In this document: piece after piece, positions 1 through 9,401 of the stretch
How the letters are laid out: each line of letters begins with the position of its first letter
How positions within the stretch are numbered: position 1 is the stretch's first letter
NCBI GenBank assembly: GCA_015233115.1
Contig: JADFYJ010000013.1
Location: forward strand, 9,670-73,669
Reading direction: 5' to 3'
Source: Candidatus Omnitrophota bacterium
Lineage (GTDB): Bacteria; Omnitrophota; Gorgyraeia; Zapsychrales; Zapsychraceae
DNA length: 64,000 bases
Program-made: the position numbers and the translations under genes
Notes under the pieces: model-generated
What the model was told of the DNA's origin: nothing
The model's database searches: none
What the model saw: only the letters and a program-made list of their open reading frames with translations

Positions 1-1249
1 CAGGCTGAGGCATAGGATCATGATCCGGAATCCCCGCTTTCTCAAGTTTGGGATCAATCATATAAAAAATTTTTTCCCGTGAACAACTCGCGTGCTGCAT
101 ATCTAACAGCATCGAAGATTGGCATCCTCCTTTAATTCCTGAATAAACGGCACGGGCAAAAATAAATAAATCTAAAAAACTCAAAACACATCTAGGAGAA
201 TAACGTTCCGCAAACCTGCGGTGCGCCAAAGAAATCAATTCTTCCCGGGGAATGGTCCAGTCTAAAAAACCTTCCCTCAAATATTTTTTAAATAACGGAT
301 AAAAATCCAACCCATCCACTTTAAACACCCTGTGGAATTCTTTTAATTTTTCATATCCCGCAAAAACCTGTCCATATTTAAAATTACAAAACATGTGGAT
401 GATATCCCAGGGTGTTAAGAATATTTGCGCAATGCAAAACCGGGCATCGCCCTGTAATGTGCCCACAGAATCGGCAATAGTCCGGCGTGATTTTAATACC
501 CCCGCGGCTTGTTCAAACCACACTAACCAAAACGGGCTCAATGACCGCTTCATTAATTCGTCAGGGAGTGACTTGTAATACCGGTCCGACACTTGACCAT
601 TTTTGTCTTTACTAACACTGACCTCCCATAAACCAGATAAAACAACATTCCCGATTTTTTGCGGCGGCTTCAACAACTGCTTTAAATATAATGTTTCCAG
701 AATCATCGCTAATGCAAATTTGGCACGCTTAAGCAATACTATCAGACAAGATGGCCCCGAGGCTTTAACTTGCAGACAGCTTTCCTCAATAAAAAATTTT
801 TCTTTTAAAACTAATTCTATGGCCCCCGGACATCCAAACAATGATAACCGGGATGCTTCATCTTGAGACGCTAATTCCGCAATTGCTAAAACTTGAATGA
901 TCTGGTCAAAAACCGGCTGAGTTTCACAATCTTTTTCAGAAACTTTATGAAACCACCACACGCTCTCCCCGTATTTATTTTTTAAAGCTTCCCGGAAAGT
1001 TTTACCCGAAAGATTTTTTACGACACCGATTTGAGCGGTAATCTGTATATAAATTTGACGGGCGCGTTCTTTAAAATTCCGGCAAAATATCCGGCCGCGG
1101 ATTATTTCACATTGTGGATTCGCCTGAATAAAATCTTCTTCATCCTTGGGCCATAAAAAACTTAATACTTTGACCCCAGCCTCAGGAGGATGTTCAGGAA
1201 CATCCCAACATATCCAAATTTTAGAAGTATTTTCTAAAGACTGTCTCAC
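1..1249 (-). CDS. Hypothetical polysaccharide-locus protein, 3' end beyond window; probable GTG start overlapping the upstream stop (GTGA)
   Basis: Manual translation of the minus strand gives an uninterrupted frame of over 410 codons from about 1249 to position 1 (..VRQSLENTSKIWICWDVPEHPPEAG..MLLDMQHASCSREKIFYMIDPKLEKAG..). It is absent from the ORF track, presumably because it has no stop inside the window. It is in the same orientation as the operon with a 4-nt overlap to the upstream gene. No confident family match by eye. Confidence 0.45.
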   Translation of the reverse strand, partial: MRQSLENTSKIWICWDVPEHPPEAGVKVLSFLWPKDEEDFIQANPQCEIIRGRIFCRNFKERARQIYIQITAQIGVVKNLSGKTFREALKNKYGESVWWFHKVSEKDCETQPVFDQIIQVLAIAELASQDEASRLSLFGCPGAIELVLKEKFFIEESCLQVKASGPSCLIVLLKRAKFALAMILETLYLKQLLKPPQKIGNVVLSGLWEVSVSKDKNGQVSDRYYKSLPDELMKRSLSPFWLVWFEQAAGVLKSRRTIADSVGTLQGDARFCIAQIFLTPWDIIHMFCNFKYGQVFAGYEKLKEFHRVFKVDGLDFYPLFKKYLREGFLDWTIPREELISLAHRRFAERYSPRCVLSFLDLFIFARAVYSGIKGGCQSSMLLDMQHASCSREKIFYMIDPKLEKAGIPDHDPMPQP

Positions 1250-2124
1250 TTTTTCAAACTTTCTGAAATTTGTTGAAAACAACCTAATAATCCCTGCCCA
1301 ATATCCGTGTAGCAATTCGACGTAATTTTCTGACCAATTTTAGGAATATACGAATATGGCGTCATAGTGTAATGATCTGGATTGGTTCCTGGATGACAAT
1401 CAATGGTAATCTTCTGCCCCATCATTTCTTCAATGGTCGCGATCAGTTGTTTTAACTTAATAGGATGATGGCCAGTAATGATAAGATGTTTATTTTGGTA
1501 TTGTTGAGCCAAAATATCCACGCTCAATTGAGCCGCGTCTTTCACATGAACATATTCTCTGATCTCTTCTCCATCGCCAGCAATAGTCACTCTCTTTTTC
1601 TCTAGAGCCTGCTTAACATAACGATAAACACTGTTTGTTTCACTCGCCCGCGGACCATATAATGTTCCGTAACGCAAAATCGTGAAATCTATGCCATATT
1701 TCCGTTGAAATTCTTCAATGTATGTTTCAGCCGCTTGTTTGCTGCAGCGATAGAATCCGCCTTTTTCGCTGTAAACATAAATGGAGCTGGCAAAAATAAA
1801 CCGTTTCACCTTTTCTAAACGGCAGGCTTCCAAAATATTCAAAGTCCCTTCTACGTTCAAACGCAGTGTATCTATGGGACGCGTAAGCGAAGAGTCTAAA
1901 TCCGCCAACCCGGAAAAATTGTAAACCACATCCTTCCCTTTAATCGCGGTTAACACTTTTTCTGTGTCCAAGATATCAGCGACCTGCATTTTTTGTCCTG
2001 CATTGAGATAAGGCGAATGATGAACATCATAAATAGTCACCTCATGCCCCTGCTCCGTAAGACTATCCGCGACATGACTCCCCAAAAATCCTGAACCACC
2101 GAATACAATCACTTTTAACGGCAT
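1246..2124 (-). CDS. NAD-dependent epimerase/dehydratase (extended SDR)
   Basis: N-terminal Rossmann motif VIVFGGSGFLGSHV and YxxxK motif (YRCSK). The internal ATG at 2124 is preceded by GAGGAG; the track start at 2190 is a TTG inside a repeat array. Confidence 0.75.
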   Translation of the reverse strand: MPLKVIVFGGSGFLGSHVADSLTEQGHEVTIYDVHHSPYLNAGQKMQVADILDTEKVLTAIKGKDVVYNFSGLADLDSSLTRPIDTLRLNVEGTLNILEACRLEKVKRFIFASSIYVYSEKGGFYRCSKQAAETYIEEFQRKYGIDFTILRYGTLYGPRASETNSVYRYVKQALEKKRVTIAGDGEEIREYVHVKDAAQLSVDILAQQYQNKHLIITGHHPIKLKQLIATIEEMMGQKITIDCHPGTNPDHYTMTPYSYIPKIGQKITSNCYTDIGQGLLGCFQQISESLKK

Positions 2125-2142
2125 ATGTACTCCTCTTTTGAA

Positions 2143-2293
2143 AGTAACCGAGTAACCGAGTAACCGATTAACAAAGTAAAAACTAACCAAACCGCGTGCC
2201 CCATGCTAACTTCAAATATTTCTCGTAATCATTAAGTAACAAAGTAACCGAGTAACAGAGTAACAAAGTAAAAACTACGCAAACCGCGTGCCC
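2143..2293. repeat. Two roughly 60-bp direct-repeat blocks (2143-2202 and 2235-2293), each made of five 8-bp-phased GTAAC-containing units and ending in AAACCGCGTGCCC
   Basis: Direct reading: agtaaccg agtaaccg agtaaccg attaacaa agtaaaaa ctaaccaaaccgcgtgcccc, and 92 bp later aagtaacaaagtaaccgagtaacagagtaacaaagtaaaaactacgcaaaccgcgtgccc. Two short hairpins follow (2294-2312 aaacacaa/ttgtgttt; 2335-2353 cagctcc/ggagctg). Confidence 0.6.
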
Positions 2294-2406
2294 AAACACA
2301 AGGTTTGTGTTTAAACCGAATCACCGAGCGAGTTCAGCTCCGCTTAGGAGCTGCTGTTTGAGCGAATGATTTGGTTTAAATGCAAACCGCCCAACCGCGC
2401 GCTTTA

Positions 2407-3048
2407 CTATAACAACCGCAATTTACTTTCTAATGCTTCTAAATCGTTTATCATGTCGGATACCAGGGGTATGACATGCTGATTTTCCTTAGTTACCCGG
2501 AAAATAAATTTTACGCCTGTGGCTTGTGCCGCTTTTAAATCAGACTCCCCATCGCCAATAAAAACCACTTCATTCAAGCCATAATGAAAATCCGCCATGA
2601 TAGACCGGATGATTTTATCTTTAGTCGCCGGAGCGCCATGTATTCTTTCGAAATAATTGCTCAACCCTTTTTGCCGGACAATCAATTGCAATTCCGAATC
2701 CGGTGTTCCGGACGCGATAAAAAACTTATATTGGCTTTTATGTTGTTTTAAAAATTCTTCCGCGCCCTTGACGAGAGGAGCAGACACAACCTGCTCAAAC
2801 ACGATCTGCTCAAATTTTGACGAAAGTTCTTTTTCAATATCTGCCGTATAAGTTTCTTTCAAAATATGCTCATAAAAATAACGGAATTTCACAAAACGCG
2901 TGATGCCGGTGTTCTTCAGATGATGCGCGACACCTTGTTCAGCTAATTGAGACGGCCAAGCTGAAAATAACTGCCGAAATGCCGCAGTTTTAATATGCGC
3001 GGATTCGACAATGACGCCGTCAAAATCAAAAATCACTGCTTTGATCAT
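2407..3048 (-). CDS. HAD-superfamily hydrolase (beta-phosphoglucomutase-like sugar-phosphate phosphatase)
   Basis: HAD motif I AVIFDFDGVIVES, plus the IGDG..D motif near the C-terminus. Confidence 0.75.
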   Translation of the reverse strand: MIKAVIFDFDGVIVESAHIKTAAFRQLFSAWPSQLAEQGVAHHLKNTGITRFVKFRYFYEHILKETYTADIEKELSSKFEQIVFEQVVSAPLVKGAEEFLKQHKSQYKFFIASGTPDSELQLIVRQKGLSNYFERIHGAPATKDKIIRSIMADFHYGLNEVVFIGDGESDLKAAQATGVKFIFRVTKENQHVIPLVSDMINDLEALESKLRLL

Positions 3049-3962
3049 TTTTTACTTTCTAAAACATCTAATAAATTTTGAACAGATTCTATTTCCATAC
3101 GGATCCGGGCTTCCTGGGCATAGGATCCGATATGCGCAGTCAACACCACATTATTGAATTGGCACAATGGACCGGTATAAGGCTCTTGCTCAAACACATC
3201 CAGAGCCGCGCCTTTGATCTTTCCATCCTTCAAATATTCTATGAGCGCGTTTTCATCAACCACTCCGCCGCGGGACGTATTAACCAGCCAGCCTTTCGGT
3301 CCCAAAAGCTCCAGTTCATTTTTCGATATCAAGTGATCAGCTGAGTTGATATGTACCGTAATAATATCCGCCCAGCGCAACAGCTCTGGCATTTCCATTC
3401 TGGGGATATTTAGAAAATCACTTTGATGATACGTATCAAAATACGCCAGCTCACAGCCGAAAGCCTTTAATAATTCCGCCACTTTTTTTCCGATTCGGCC
3501 ATAACCAATGATCCCGACTTTTTTCTCAAATAACAAATGCCCCATTCGCTTATGCCATTGTCCGCCGCGCAGTTCCCTATCCATCATGCTGATCTTACGC
3601 ATCAAATCCAAAATTAAACCGACTGTCAATTCAGCCACAGCTAAGGTCGGCGCGTTAGGAGTGCTTTTTAATATCATGCCTTTTTGATTCATCGCGGGCT
3701 GATCCACATTATCAATTCCGGCGCCGCAGCGTGATATCACTTTTAAACCAGTTAATTGATGGATAACATCAGCAGTCAATTTTTCTGTCCCTGCCACCAA
3801 CCCAATAGAACCTGATACGAGCTTAATAATTTCATCAGCTTTCATGGTGCGGCCATGCGGATTCAACTGGTATTCATAACCAGCCTCTCTGAGTAATTTT
3901 AAAGGCTGATCACTGTATTCAGCGAATGAACTGGTAGAAATAAAAATTTTACCCTTAGCCAT
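3045..3962 (-). CDS. D-isomer-specific 2-hydroxyacid dehydrogenase (phosphoglycerate/glycerate dehydrogenase-like)
   Basis: NAD-binding motif GIIGYGRIGKKVAELL, the catalytic-domain arrangement typical of the SerA/GyaR family, and a 4-nt overlap with neighbouring genes. Confidence 0.75.
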   Translation of the reverse strand: MAKGKIFISTSSFAEYSDQPLKLLREAGYEYQLNPHGRTMKADEIIKLVSGSIGLVAGTEKLTADVIHQLTGLKVISRCGAGIDNVDQPAMNQKGMILKSTPNAPTLAVAELTVGLILDLMRKISMMDRELRGGQWHKRMGHLLFEKKVGIIGYGRIGKKVAELLKAFGCELAYFDTYHQSDFLNIPRMEMPELLRWADIITVHINSADHLISKNELELLGPKGWLVNTSRGGVVDENALIEYLKDGKIKGAALDVFEQEPYTGPLCQFNNVVLTAHIGSYAQEARIRMEIESVQNLLDVLESKK

Positions 3963-3964
3963 AT

Positions 3965-4738
3965 TTATCCCTTCACATATTGTTTTGCTAATTTATCAGA
4001 ACGCATCAAGTCTTCCACCAAACGAAAATCTTCCGGTGTATCGACACTGTACGTTTCGTGCTGGGTCATCACCATTTTTACTTTATAACCGTGTTCTAAA
4101 ACGCGCAGCATATCCACGGATTCAACCTTTTCTAATTCGGTTGGTTCTAATTCATTAAACTTCAACAAAAAATCCCGCTGAAAAGGAATAATACAAATTT
4201 GTTTTAACATGCGGAAATTTTTTCCGCCTTTTTTCCAGGACGGAATCGCTTCACGGGAAAAGTACAAGGCAAAATCATTCCGGTCTACTACGACCTTAAC
4301 TTCATTGGGGTCTTCCTGTTCTTCACGCGAATCCATAAGCGACATCAAATTGGAAACTAAAATATTTTTATCATCAATTAAAGGTTTGACAGCTTCATCT
4401 ATCATGTTGGGGAACAACATCGGCTCATCGCCCTGCACCATGACAATCAAATCCGCTTTTCGGCCCCGCTCTTTTTCAATTTTTAATAGCGCTTCCGCGA
4501 CACGGTCTGAACATCTTTCATGGGTATCTTTGGTCATAACCGCTTTTCCGCCGATAGACTCAATATAATCTTTGATCACTTGATCACAGGTCGCGACATA
4601 AACCTCGCTTACTAACGTCGACATTTTGGTCCGGAAATACACATGGCCAATCATCGGCGTACCATTAATTTTAACCATAGGTTTGCCCGGAAAACGCGTA
4701 GATGCCATGCGTCCGGGAATAATTGCGATAATATCCAT
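3965..4738 (-). CDS. KdsB-family CMP-ulosonic acid cytidylyltransferase (CMP-Kdo synthetase-like)
   Basis: IIPGRMASTRFPGKPM, VQGDEPM, ALYFSREAIP and VDTPEDF match the conserved KdsB blocks almost residue for residue; length 257 aa. Confidence 0.8.
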   Translation of the reverse strand: MDIIAIIPGRMASTRFPGKPMVKINGTPMIGHVYFRTKMSTLVSEVYVATCDQVIKDYIESIGGKAVMTKDTHERCSDRVAEALLKIEKERGRKADLIVMVQGDEPMLFPNMIDEAVKPLIDDKNILVSNLMSLMDSREEQEDPNEVKVVVDRNDFALYFSREAIPSWKKGGKNFRMLKQICIIPFQRDFLLKFNELEPTELEKVESVDMLRVLEHGYKVKMVMTQHETYSVDTPEDFRLVEDLMRSDKLAKQYVKG

Positions 4739-4749
4739 AAAAACTCCTC

Positions 4750-5574
4750 CTAAATTTTTCGTCTGAACAAATAATTAAAAACCTGTTTGTCCTGTCCCTG
4801 TCTAATCTTTTCGCCGTCTTGCTTATGAATCAACATTAATCCGCTGTCTTCAATTTTTTTAATTAATGCCTGATGCCCGGCTAAACTTTCATTGATTTCT
4901 ACTAAAAGAGATTTTAGCCTGGTATTTTTTAGTACTTGAGCCGCGCCTTGAATAATATCTTCCTCGATTCCATCCACATCAATTTTTATGTGGTCAGGTG
5001 TTAGCTGGTACCGGTTTACAAAATTATCTAAAGTCATAGAAATCATGCCTTGCTTATAAACCGGGCTAAACGTTTTCCCCTGCTCGTCTATTTGTTGATT
5101 AAATTGATTCAAAGCCGCGCCCGCTTCAAATGACGGCATATATAAATAGCCCAAGGTTTCTTCCCTGGCCAGCGCTATGTTTAAAGCGGTCACTGAATCT
5201 GCGCATTGATTAAGAAAAATATTCTTATTCAATAACGCGTAATTTTGCGATTCAGGCTCAAAAGCAATGACTTTTACACCCTGTTTAGCGGCGTAAATCG
5301 AATATAATCCTATATTGGCGCCGATATTAAAAAAAACTTCTCCGGGTTTCATTGAATCCAGCCATTCAATTGTCGCTGGTTCTTTGCTGAAATAAGTATC
5401 CATCCTCCACCTGGTTGTGCTATTCGGGCAGGAAAAAACAAACGTTTGCTGATTACGCGTAATTTTATATATCGGCTGTATTTCTTCCGCCACACTGCAG
5501 GATGTTACGCTGGCTTTGTCCAATCCCATAATATGGATCAGTGATTTAAGTATTGTTCTTTTCCAATGTTTCAT
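4750..5574 (-). CDS. FkbM-family SAM-dependent methyltransferase
   Basis: FkbM (Methyltransf_21) signature FNIGANIGLYS..IAFEP. Confidence 0.7.
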   Translation of the reverse strand: MKHWKRTILKSLIHIMGLDKASVTSCSVAEEIQPIYKITRNQQTFVFSCPNSTTRWRMDTYFSKEPATIEWLDSMKPGEVFFNIGANIGLYSIYAAKQGVKVIAFEPESQNYALLNKNIFLNQCADSVTALNIALAREETLGYLYMPSFEAGAALNQFNQQIDEQGKTFSPVYKQGMISMTLDNFVNRYQLTPDHIKIDVDGIEEDIIQGAAQVLKNTRLKSLLVEINESLAGHQALIKKIEDSGLMLIHKQDGEKIRQGQDKQVFNYLFRRKI

Positions 5575-5588
5575 AAACGTTTTCCTTA

Positions 5589-6353
5589 TTATTTTTTAAT
5601 CTGTTTCAATTGATCCGCAACCATAGTTGCCAAGAAATAAGAATCCAGACTAAAGCCCAGGAAAGTAAATCCCTGCTGTTGTTTTTGTTTTAACAAATTG
5701 ACATCTGGAGGAACTGAATGCGCCCCTGCGGTTTTATTTAATTTGCGGCACACTTCTAAATATCGTGCTTCTGCCTGCTTAACTTCGTCTCTATGAAATT
5801 CTCCGGGGAAGCCCATGGATGCGGAAAGATCATATGGACCAATAATACTGCCATCCACTCCCTCGACTGACAATATTTCTTCTAAATGCTTAACAGCATC
5901 CACATGCTCAATCTGCACAATGACCACAGCGTTATCTTTCAACCATTGTTTATAAGCCTCAAAATCCATGCCGAATTTCTGTGCACGCGCCAGCCCGACT
6001 CCACGTTTTCCCTTCATAGGATAATAAACTGATTCGACCGCCCGAATCGCGTCTGCTTTAGAATTCACCATAGGTACAATAACTCCATACGCACCAGCAT
6101 CCATAACCCGTTTGATAATCAAAGGGTCATTCGCGCCTACACGCACTAAAGGAATCGTACCGCAAAGCTCCGCGATGCGGATGAGTTCCTGAGCCTGGCC
6201 AAACGTAATCGCCGAATGTTCCATATCAACCGCCAGCCAGTCAAATCCGGATGAGGCCATGATTTCCATGGTATTTCCGTCAGATAAAGTAATCCAAGAA
6301 CCAATCGTCAATTGATTTTGCTTCAACTGCTCTTTTAATAAATTTTTTTTCAT
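5589..6353 (-). CDS. HpcH/HpaI-family class II pyruvate aldolase
   Basis: GFDWLAVDMEHSA matches the HpaI block GFDWLLIDGEHAP. The size of 254 aa and TIM-barrel aldolase composition fit. Confidence 0.7.
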   Translation of the reverse strand: MKKNLLKEQLKQNQLTIGSWITLSDGNTMEIMASSGFDWLAVDMEHSAITFGQAQELIRIAELCGTIPLVRVGANDPLIIKRVMDAGAYGVIVPMVNSKADAIRAVESVYYPMKGKRGVGLARAQKFGMDFEAYKQWLKDNAVVIVQIEHVDAVKHLEEILSVEGVDGSIIGPYDLSASMGFPGEFHRDEVKQAEARYLEVCRKLNKTAGAHSVPPDVNLLKQKQQQGFTFLGFSLDSYFLATMVADQLKQIKK

Positions 6354-6356
6354 AGG

Positions 6357-7883
6357 TTATCCTTTTGAAATCAATAAATTTTTCATAGAATTTATTTTGT
6401 CATAAACCAATAAAACAATTTCCTGAAAACGCTGGTTAAATTTAAAACTTAATATCACCAAGATCAGTCCATAAATAAAAACAATCCCCAATTTTATGAC
6501 GAGCCATATCATGGACACGGTTGAATATTGATTTAAAAATAAAAATAACGCCGCGATTAAAATAAAAACCGAAAAATTCCTGATTAAATAATACCTGCTC
6601 CGGTGCAAATGTTGAGACAAATAATACGTGACTAAAAAAGTCAAAAAATTAGAAAGCATGGACGCGAAGGACGCGCCGATAAAATCAAAACGGGACACAA
6701 AGATGTAATTTAAAACAATACTGCAAAAAATACCGAAAAAAGTCACAAAAGAATAAAAAATAGTCCGGTTTTTGAATATAAATTTCAAATTAAGGATTCC
6801 GCTGAGCTCTTGGAATAAATATGTCGACATCATCATCGGAATAATAATAAAAACATTACCGTACTGGGCACTCGCGAACACCTTAACGAGTTCACGGGCA
6901 AACAACGAGACTGTAAAAACAACAAACACGGAAAACTGGAAAAACAAGGCGAAAATTTCCGTAAGATCTTTTTGAATATTTGCGTCTTTACCGTCAAGCC
7001 TTTTGGATATCTCCGGTTTGACTGTGGTGACCACTGGGCGGGAAAACATGGAAAATACATTGCTGAATTTATCACCCAAATCAAACAAACCCACGGATTT
7101 CGCGGATTGCATCCGTGATAAAAATATTTTTTCAAGATAGCCCTGCACCCAAGAGACAAAATTTAAGGGCAATAGCGGCAAAGAATATTTCATAGCCATG
7201 GAGAAAATTTTCATCCGCCGCCATGAAAATCCGATATTTTTTCTCAACAAAAATAAACCAAAACCCGCGCCCAATATCCGGGCCGCTAATTGCAAAACCA
7301 CCACATCCACCCAGGTAAATTTCCAAAAAACTAAACCAATTATTTGGAGCGGGACAATCAACAAAAATTCAAAGATCTCAGAGAATATAAGATATTTATT
7401 ATTTTGCAAAGATATAAACGCTTCCATAAAAAAAGCGAAAAAATTAGAAAAAAACGCGTAAATAACCGGCACCAGGTATAACCAAGGTTGCTGCGCTGAC
7501 GCGTCTTTAATAAAAAACAAAAAAAGCATTTTCGAAAAAGGAATACATACAGCCAAAACACTTAAGGACACTAGCAATTTTATGACAATGATAACTCCCA
7601 AATATTGACGGCACAACCGCGGGCACCGCCGATCATATTTCAAAATTAATCTGGATCCAAAATTACTTAATCCCAGATCAAAGAAACCCTGCAGCATAGC
7701 GGCTTGCACTAAAAATAAAGCAATGATGCCGTAGGCTTCCGGCTTAAGATATGCCGTCGTGACAGGCAATATCAATAAAGAAACCATCCGGACTGTCATC
7801 CGTCCAATAAAAAGCCATGAGACATTCTTAAAAAGAAATTTATGGCGTTGTCCCTGAGCAATACGATGTCTTGACATTCTCAT
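6357..7883 (-). CDS. Polysaccharide/O-antigen flippase, Wzx-like (MOP superfamily)
   Basis: About 12 predicted TM helices, 500 aa, composition typical of Wzx, embedded in the glycan locus. Confidence 0.65.
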   Translation of the reverse strand: MRMSRHRIAQGQRHKFLFKNVSWLFIGRMTVRMVSLLILPVTTAYLKPEAYGIIALFLVQAAMLQGFFDLGLSNFGSRLILKYDRRCPRLCRQYLGVIIVIKLLVSLSVLAVCIPFSKMLFLFFIKDASAQQPWLYLVPVIYAFFSNFFAFFMEAFISLQNNKYLIFSEIFEFLLIVPLQIIGLVFWKFTWVDVVVLQLAARILGAGFGLFLLRKNIGFSWRRMKIFSMAMKYSLPLLPLNFVSWVQGYLEKIFLSRMQSAKSVGLFDLGDKFSNVFSMFSRPVVTTVKPEISKRLDGKDANIQKDLTEIFALFFQFSVFVVFTVSLFARELVKVFASAQYGNVFIIIPMMMSTYLFQELSGILNLKFIFKNRTIFYSFVTFFGIFCSIVLNYIFVSRFDFIGASFASMLSNFLTFLVTYYLSQHLHRSRYYLIRNFSVFILIAALFLFLNQYSTVSMIWLVIKLGIVFIYGLILVILSFKFNQRFQEIVLLVYDKINSMKNLLISKG

Positions 7884-7918
7884 CTATTCCGTAGGTTTTA
7901 AAAAGCGTTGTCCGATTC

Positions 7919-8707
7919 TTACCAACAAGACAATCCGCCATCTACCATCAACACTTGCCCGGTCATATACGAAGACAATTCCGAGCTTAAAAAATACACC
8001 GCGTTCGCAACTTCATCCGCCCGCGCCATTCTTTTCATGGGAATGCATTTTTTATATCTTTCAATAAATTGTTCCGGTTGATGATCAAAAACTCCGGCTG
8101 GGCATACCACATTGGCTCGAACATTGTAATCCGCCAAATACGTGGCTAAATACCGGGTCAAATTCACAATTCCGCCTTTAATCATGGAATACGCGGCCGG
8201 CATAGTCATTTCTGTGCCTTCGTAAACAGAAAAATTTGGGGCTAAGACTCCATACTGCGAACCCAAATTAACAATCACTCCCGCTTTTTGCTTCTTAAAA
8301 ACTTCCGCGATGGCCTGGCAACAAAAGAAATATCCATTCAAATGCTTTTCCATATTCCATTTCAATGAATCAGGTTGAATATCTTCAAACTTATTGCCCC
8401 AATCCTTTGACCGGGGATAAGCATTGTTCACCCAAATATCAATTTTCCCTTCTTGAGAACAAATTTGCTTGATGGCAGCATTAATCGACATTGGATCGGA
8501 AATATCAATGAGCTGAAAACTGACGGCAAGACCTTCCCCTTTGAGTTCCTTCAAAACACTTTCAGTCTTTTTTTCATCTATGTCCGCGATCACGACACGC
8601 GCGCCGCCTTGTGCTAAAACACGGACGATGGCTTGACCAATTAAACCAGAACCTCCGGTGACAACCGCAATCTTTCCATTTAACAAAAACGCGTTAGATA
8701 GGGCCAT
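7919..8707 (-). CDS. Short-chain dehydrogenase/reductase, PtmA-like
   Basis: TGGSGLIGQAI glycine-rich motif and the classical SDR YxxxK region. Last gene of a ptmE-F-B-A-like quartet. Confidence 0.7.
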   Translation of the reverse strand: MALSNAFLLNGKIAVVTGGSGLIGQAIVRVLAQGGARVVIADIDEKKTESVLKELKGEGLAVSFQLIDISDPMSINAAIKQICSQEGKIDIWVNNAYPRSKDWGNKFEDIQPDSLKWNMEKHLNGYFFCCQAIAEVFKKQKAGVIVNLGSQYGVLAPNFSVYEGTEMTMPAAYSMIKGGIVNLTRYLATYLADYNVRANVVCPAGVFDHQPEQFIERYKKCIPMKRMARADEVANAVYFLSSELSSYMTGQVLMVDGGLSCW

Positions 8708-9401
8708 GGGACACTTTTTCCTTTAATAAAAGTTCGACAATTTTAAAATCCACTAAGGAATCAATATCAATACTCCGGTCCTGAGGCATTTCATATAATT
8801 TGACTTTTCCGGAGATAATCGACTTTTGGTTCAGCAAAACCTCGGTTTTCCAAACATAAATCGACGCGTTCATGGCGTAAACAATAGGCGCGCTTTGCCG
8901 TCCTAAAATCACGGATCCGGCGTTTTTACTGACCTCGGCAAACCCTGCCTCATTAATTTCCACCATATTAAAATAAGGATTTTTATTGGAACGATAACCG
9001 GTTATAACGGAATCGCAATTTCCTTTTTGGATTAAAGCGATACACCCGGCAATGTCTTCCAGCAGTCTCAATGGAGAAGTAGGGTCTAGATCAACCACAT
9101 ATTCCGGATTTAATTTCATTTCCTTGATAGCATATTGCACGGCGTGTTGAAGCGCTGGAAGCTTCCCTGCCGCGTCAGTGGCTAATTCCGCAGGCCGTAA
9201 AAACGGGACTTTGGCGCCAAAGGATTTTGCGGTCTCCGCAATTTCAACTGAATCTGTGGTCACGATCACCTCATTAATCAACGGGCATTGCAAGGCTTGT
9301 TCAATTGTATAACCGATCAATGGTTTGCCCATTAATGGTCGGATATTTTTTTGCGGGACACCTTTAGATCCGCCTCTAGCCGCGATGGTCGCGAGAATCA
9401 T
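8694..9401 (-). CDS. Acylneuraminate cytidylyltransferase family (CMP-NulO synthetase, LegF/PtmB/NeuA-like)
   Basis: N-terminus ILATIAARGGSKGVPQKNIRPLMGKPLIGYTI is the NeuA/CMP-sialate synthetase signature. Confidence 0.8.
   Translation of the reverse strand: MILATIAARGGSKGVPQKNIRPLMGKPLIGYTIEQALQCPLINEVIVTTDSVEIAETAKSFGAKVPFLRPAELATDAAGKLPALQHAVQYAIKEMKLNPEYVVDLDPTSPLRLLEDIAGCIALIQKGNCDSVITGYRSNKNPYFNMVEINEAGFAEVSKNAGSVILGRQSAPIVYAMNASIYVWKTEVLLNQKSIISGKVKLYEMPQDRSIDIDSLVDFKIVELLLKEKVSHGPI

Noticed and set aside
393-866. Plus-strand ORFs 393-578 and 603-866
   Set aside because: They lie antisense inside the long uninterrupted minus-strand frame (1-1249), have no RBS, and are low-complexity; treated as shadow ORFs.
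2294-2353. Two short hairpins after the HAD gene as intrinsic terminators
   Set aside because: Neither is followed by a U-tract on the minus strand, and gene spacing suggests read-through. They are kept only as part of the repeat-region finding.
4209-4568. Antisense and embedded ORFs inside confirmed genes (for example 4209-4568+, 6772-6975+, 11416-11757+, 35334-35700+, 55256-55633+, 56282-56824+, 62301-62759+)
   Set aside because: They are fully contained within well-supported minus-strand genes on the opposite strand. They are typical shadow ORFs of AT-rich coding sequence.
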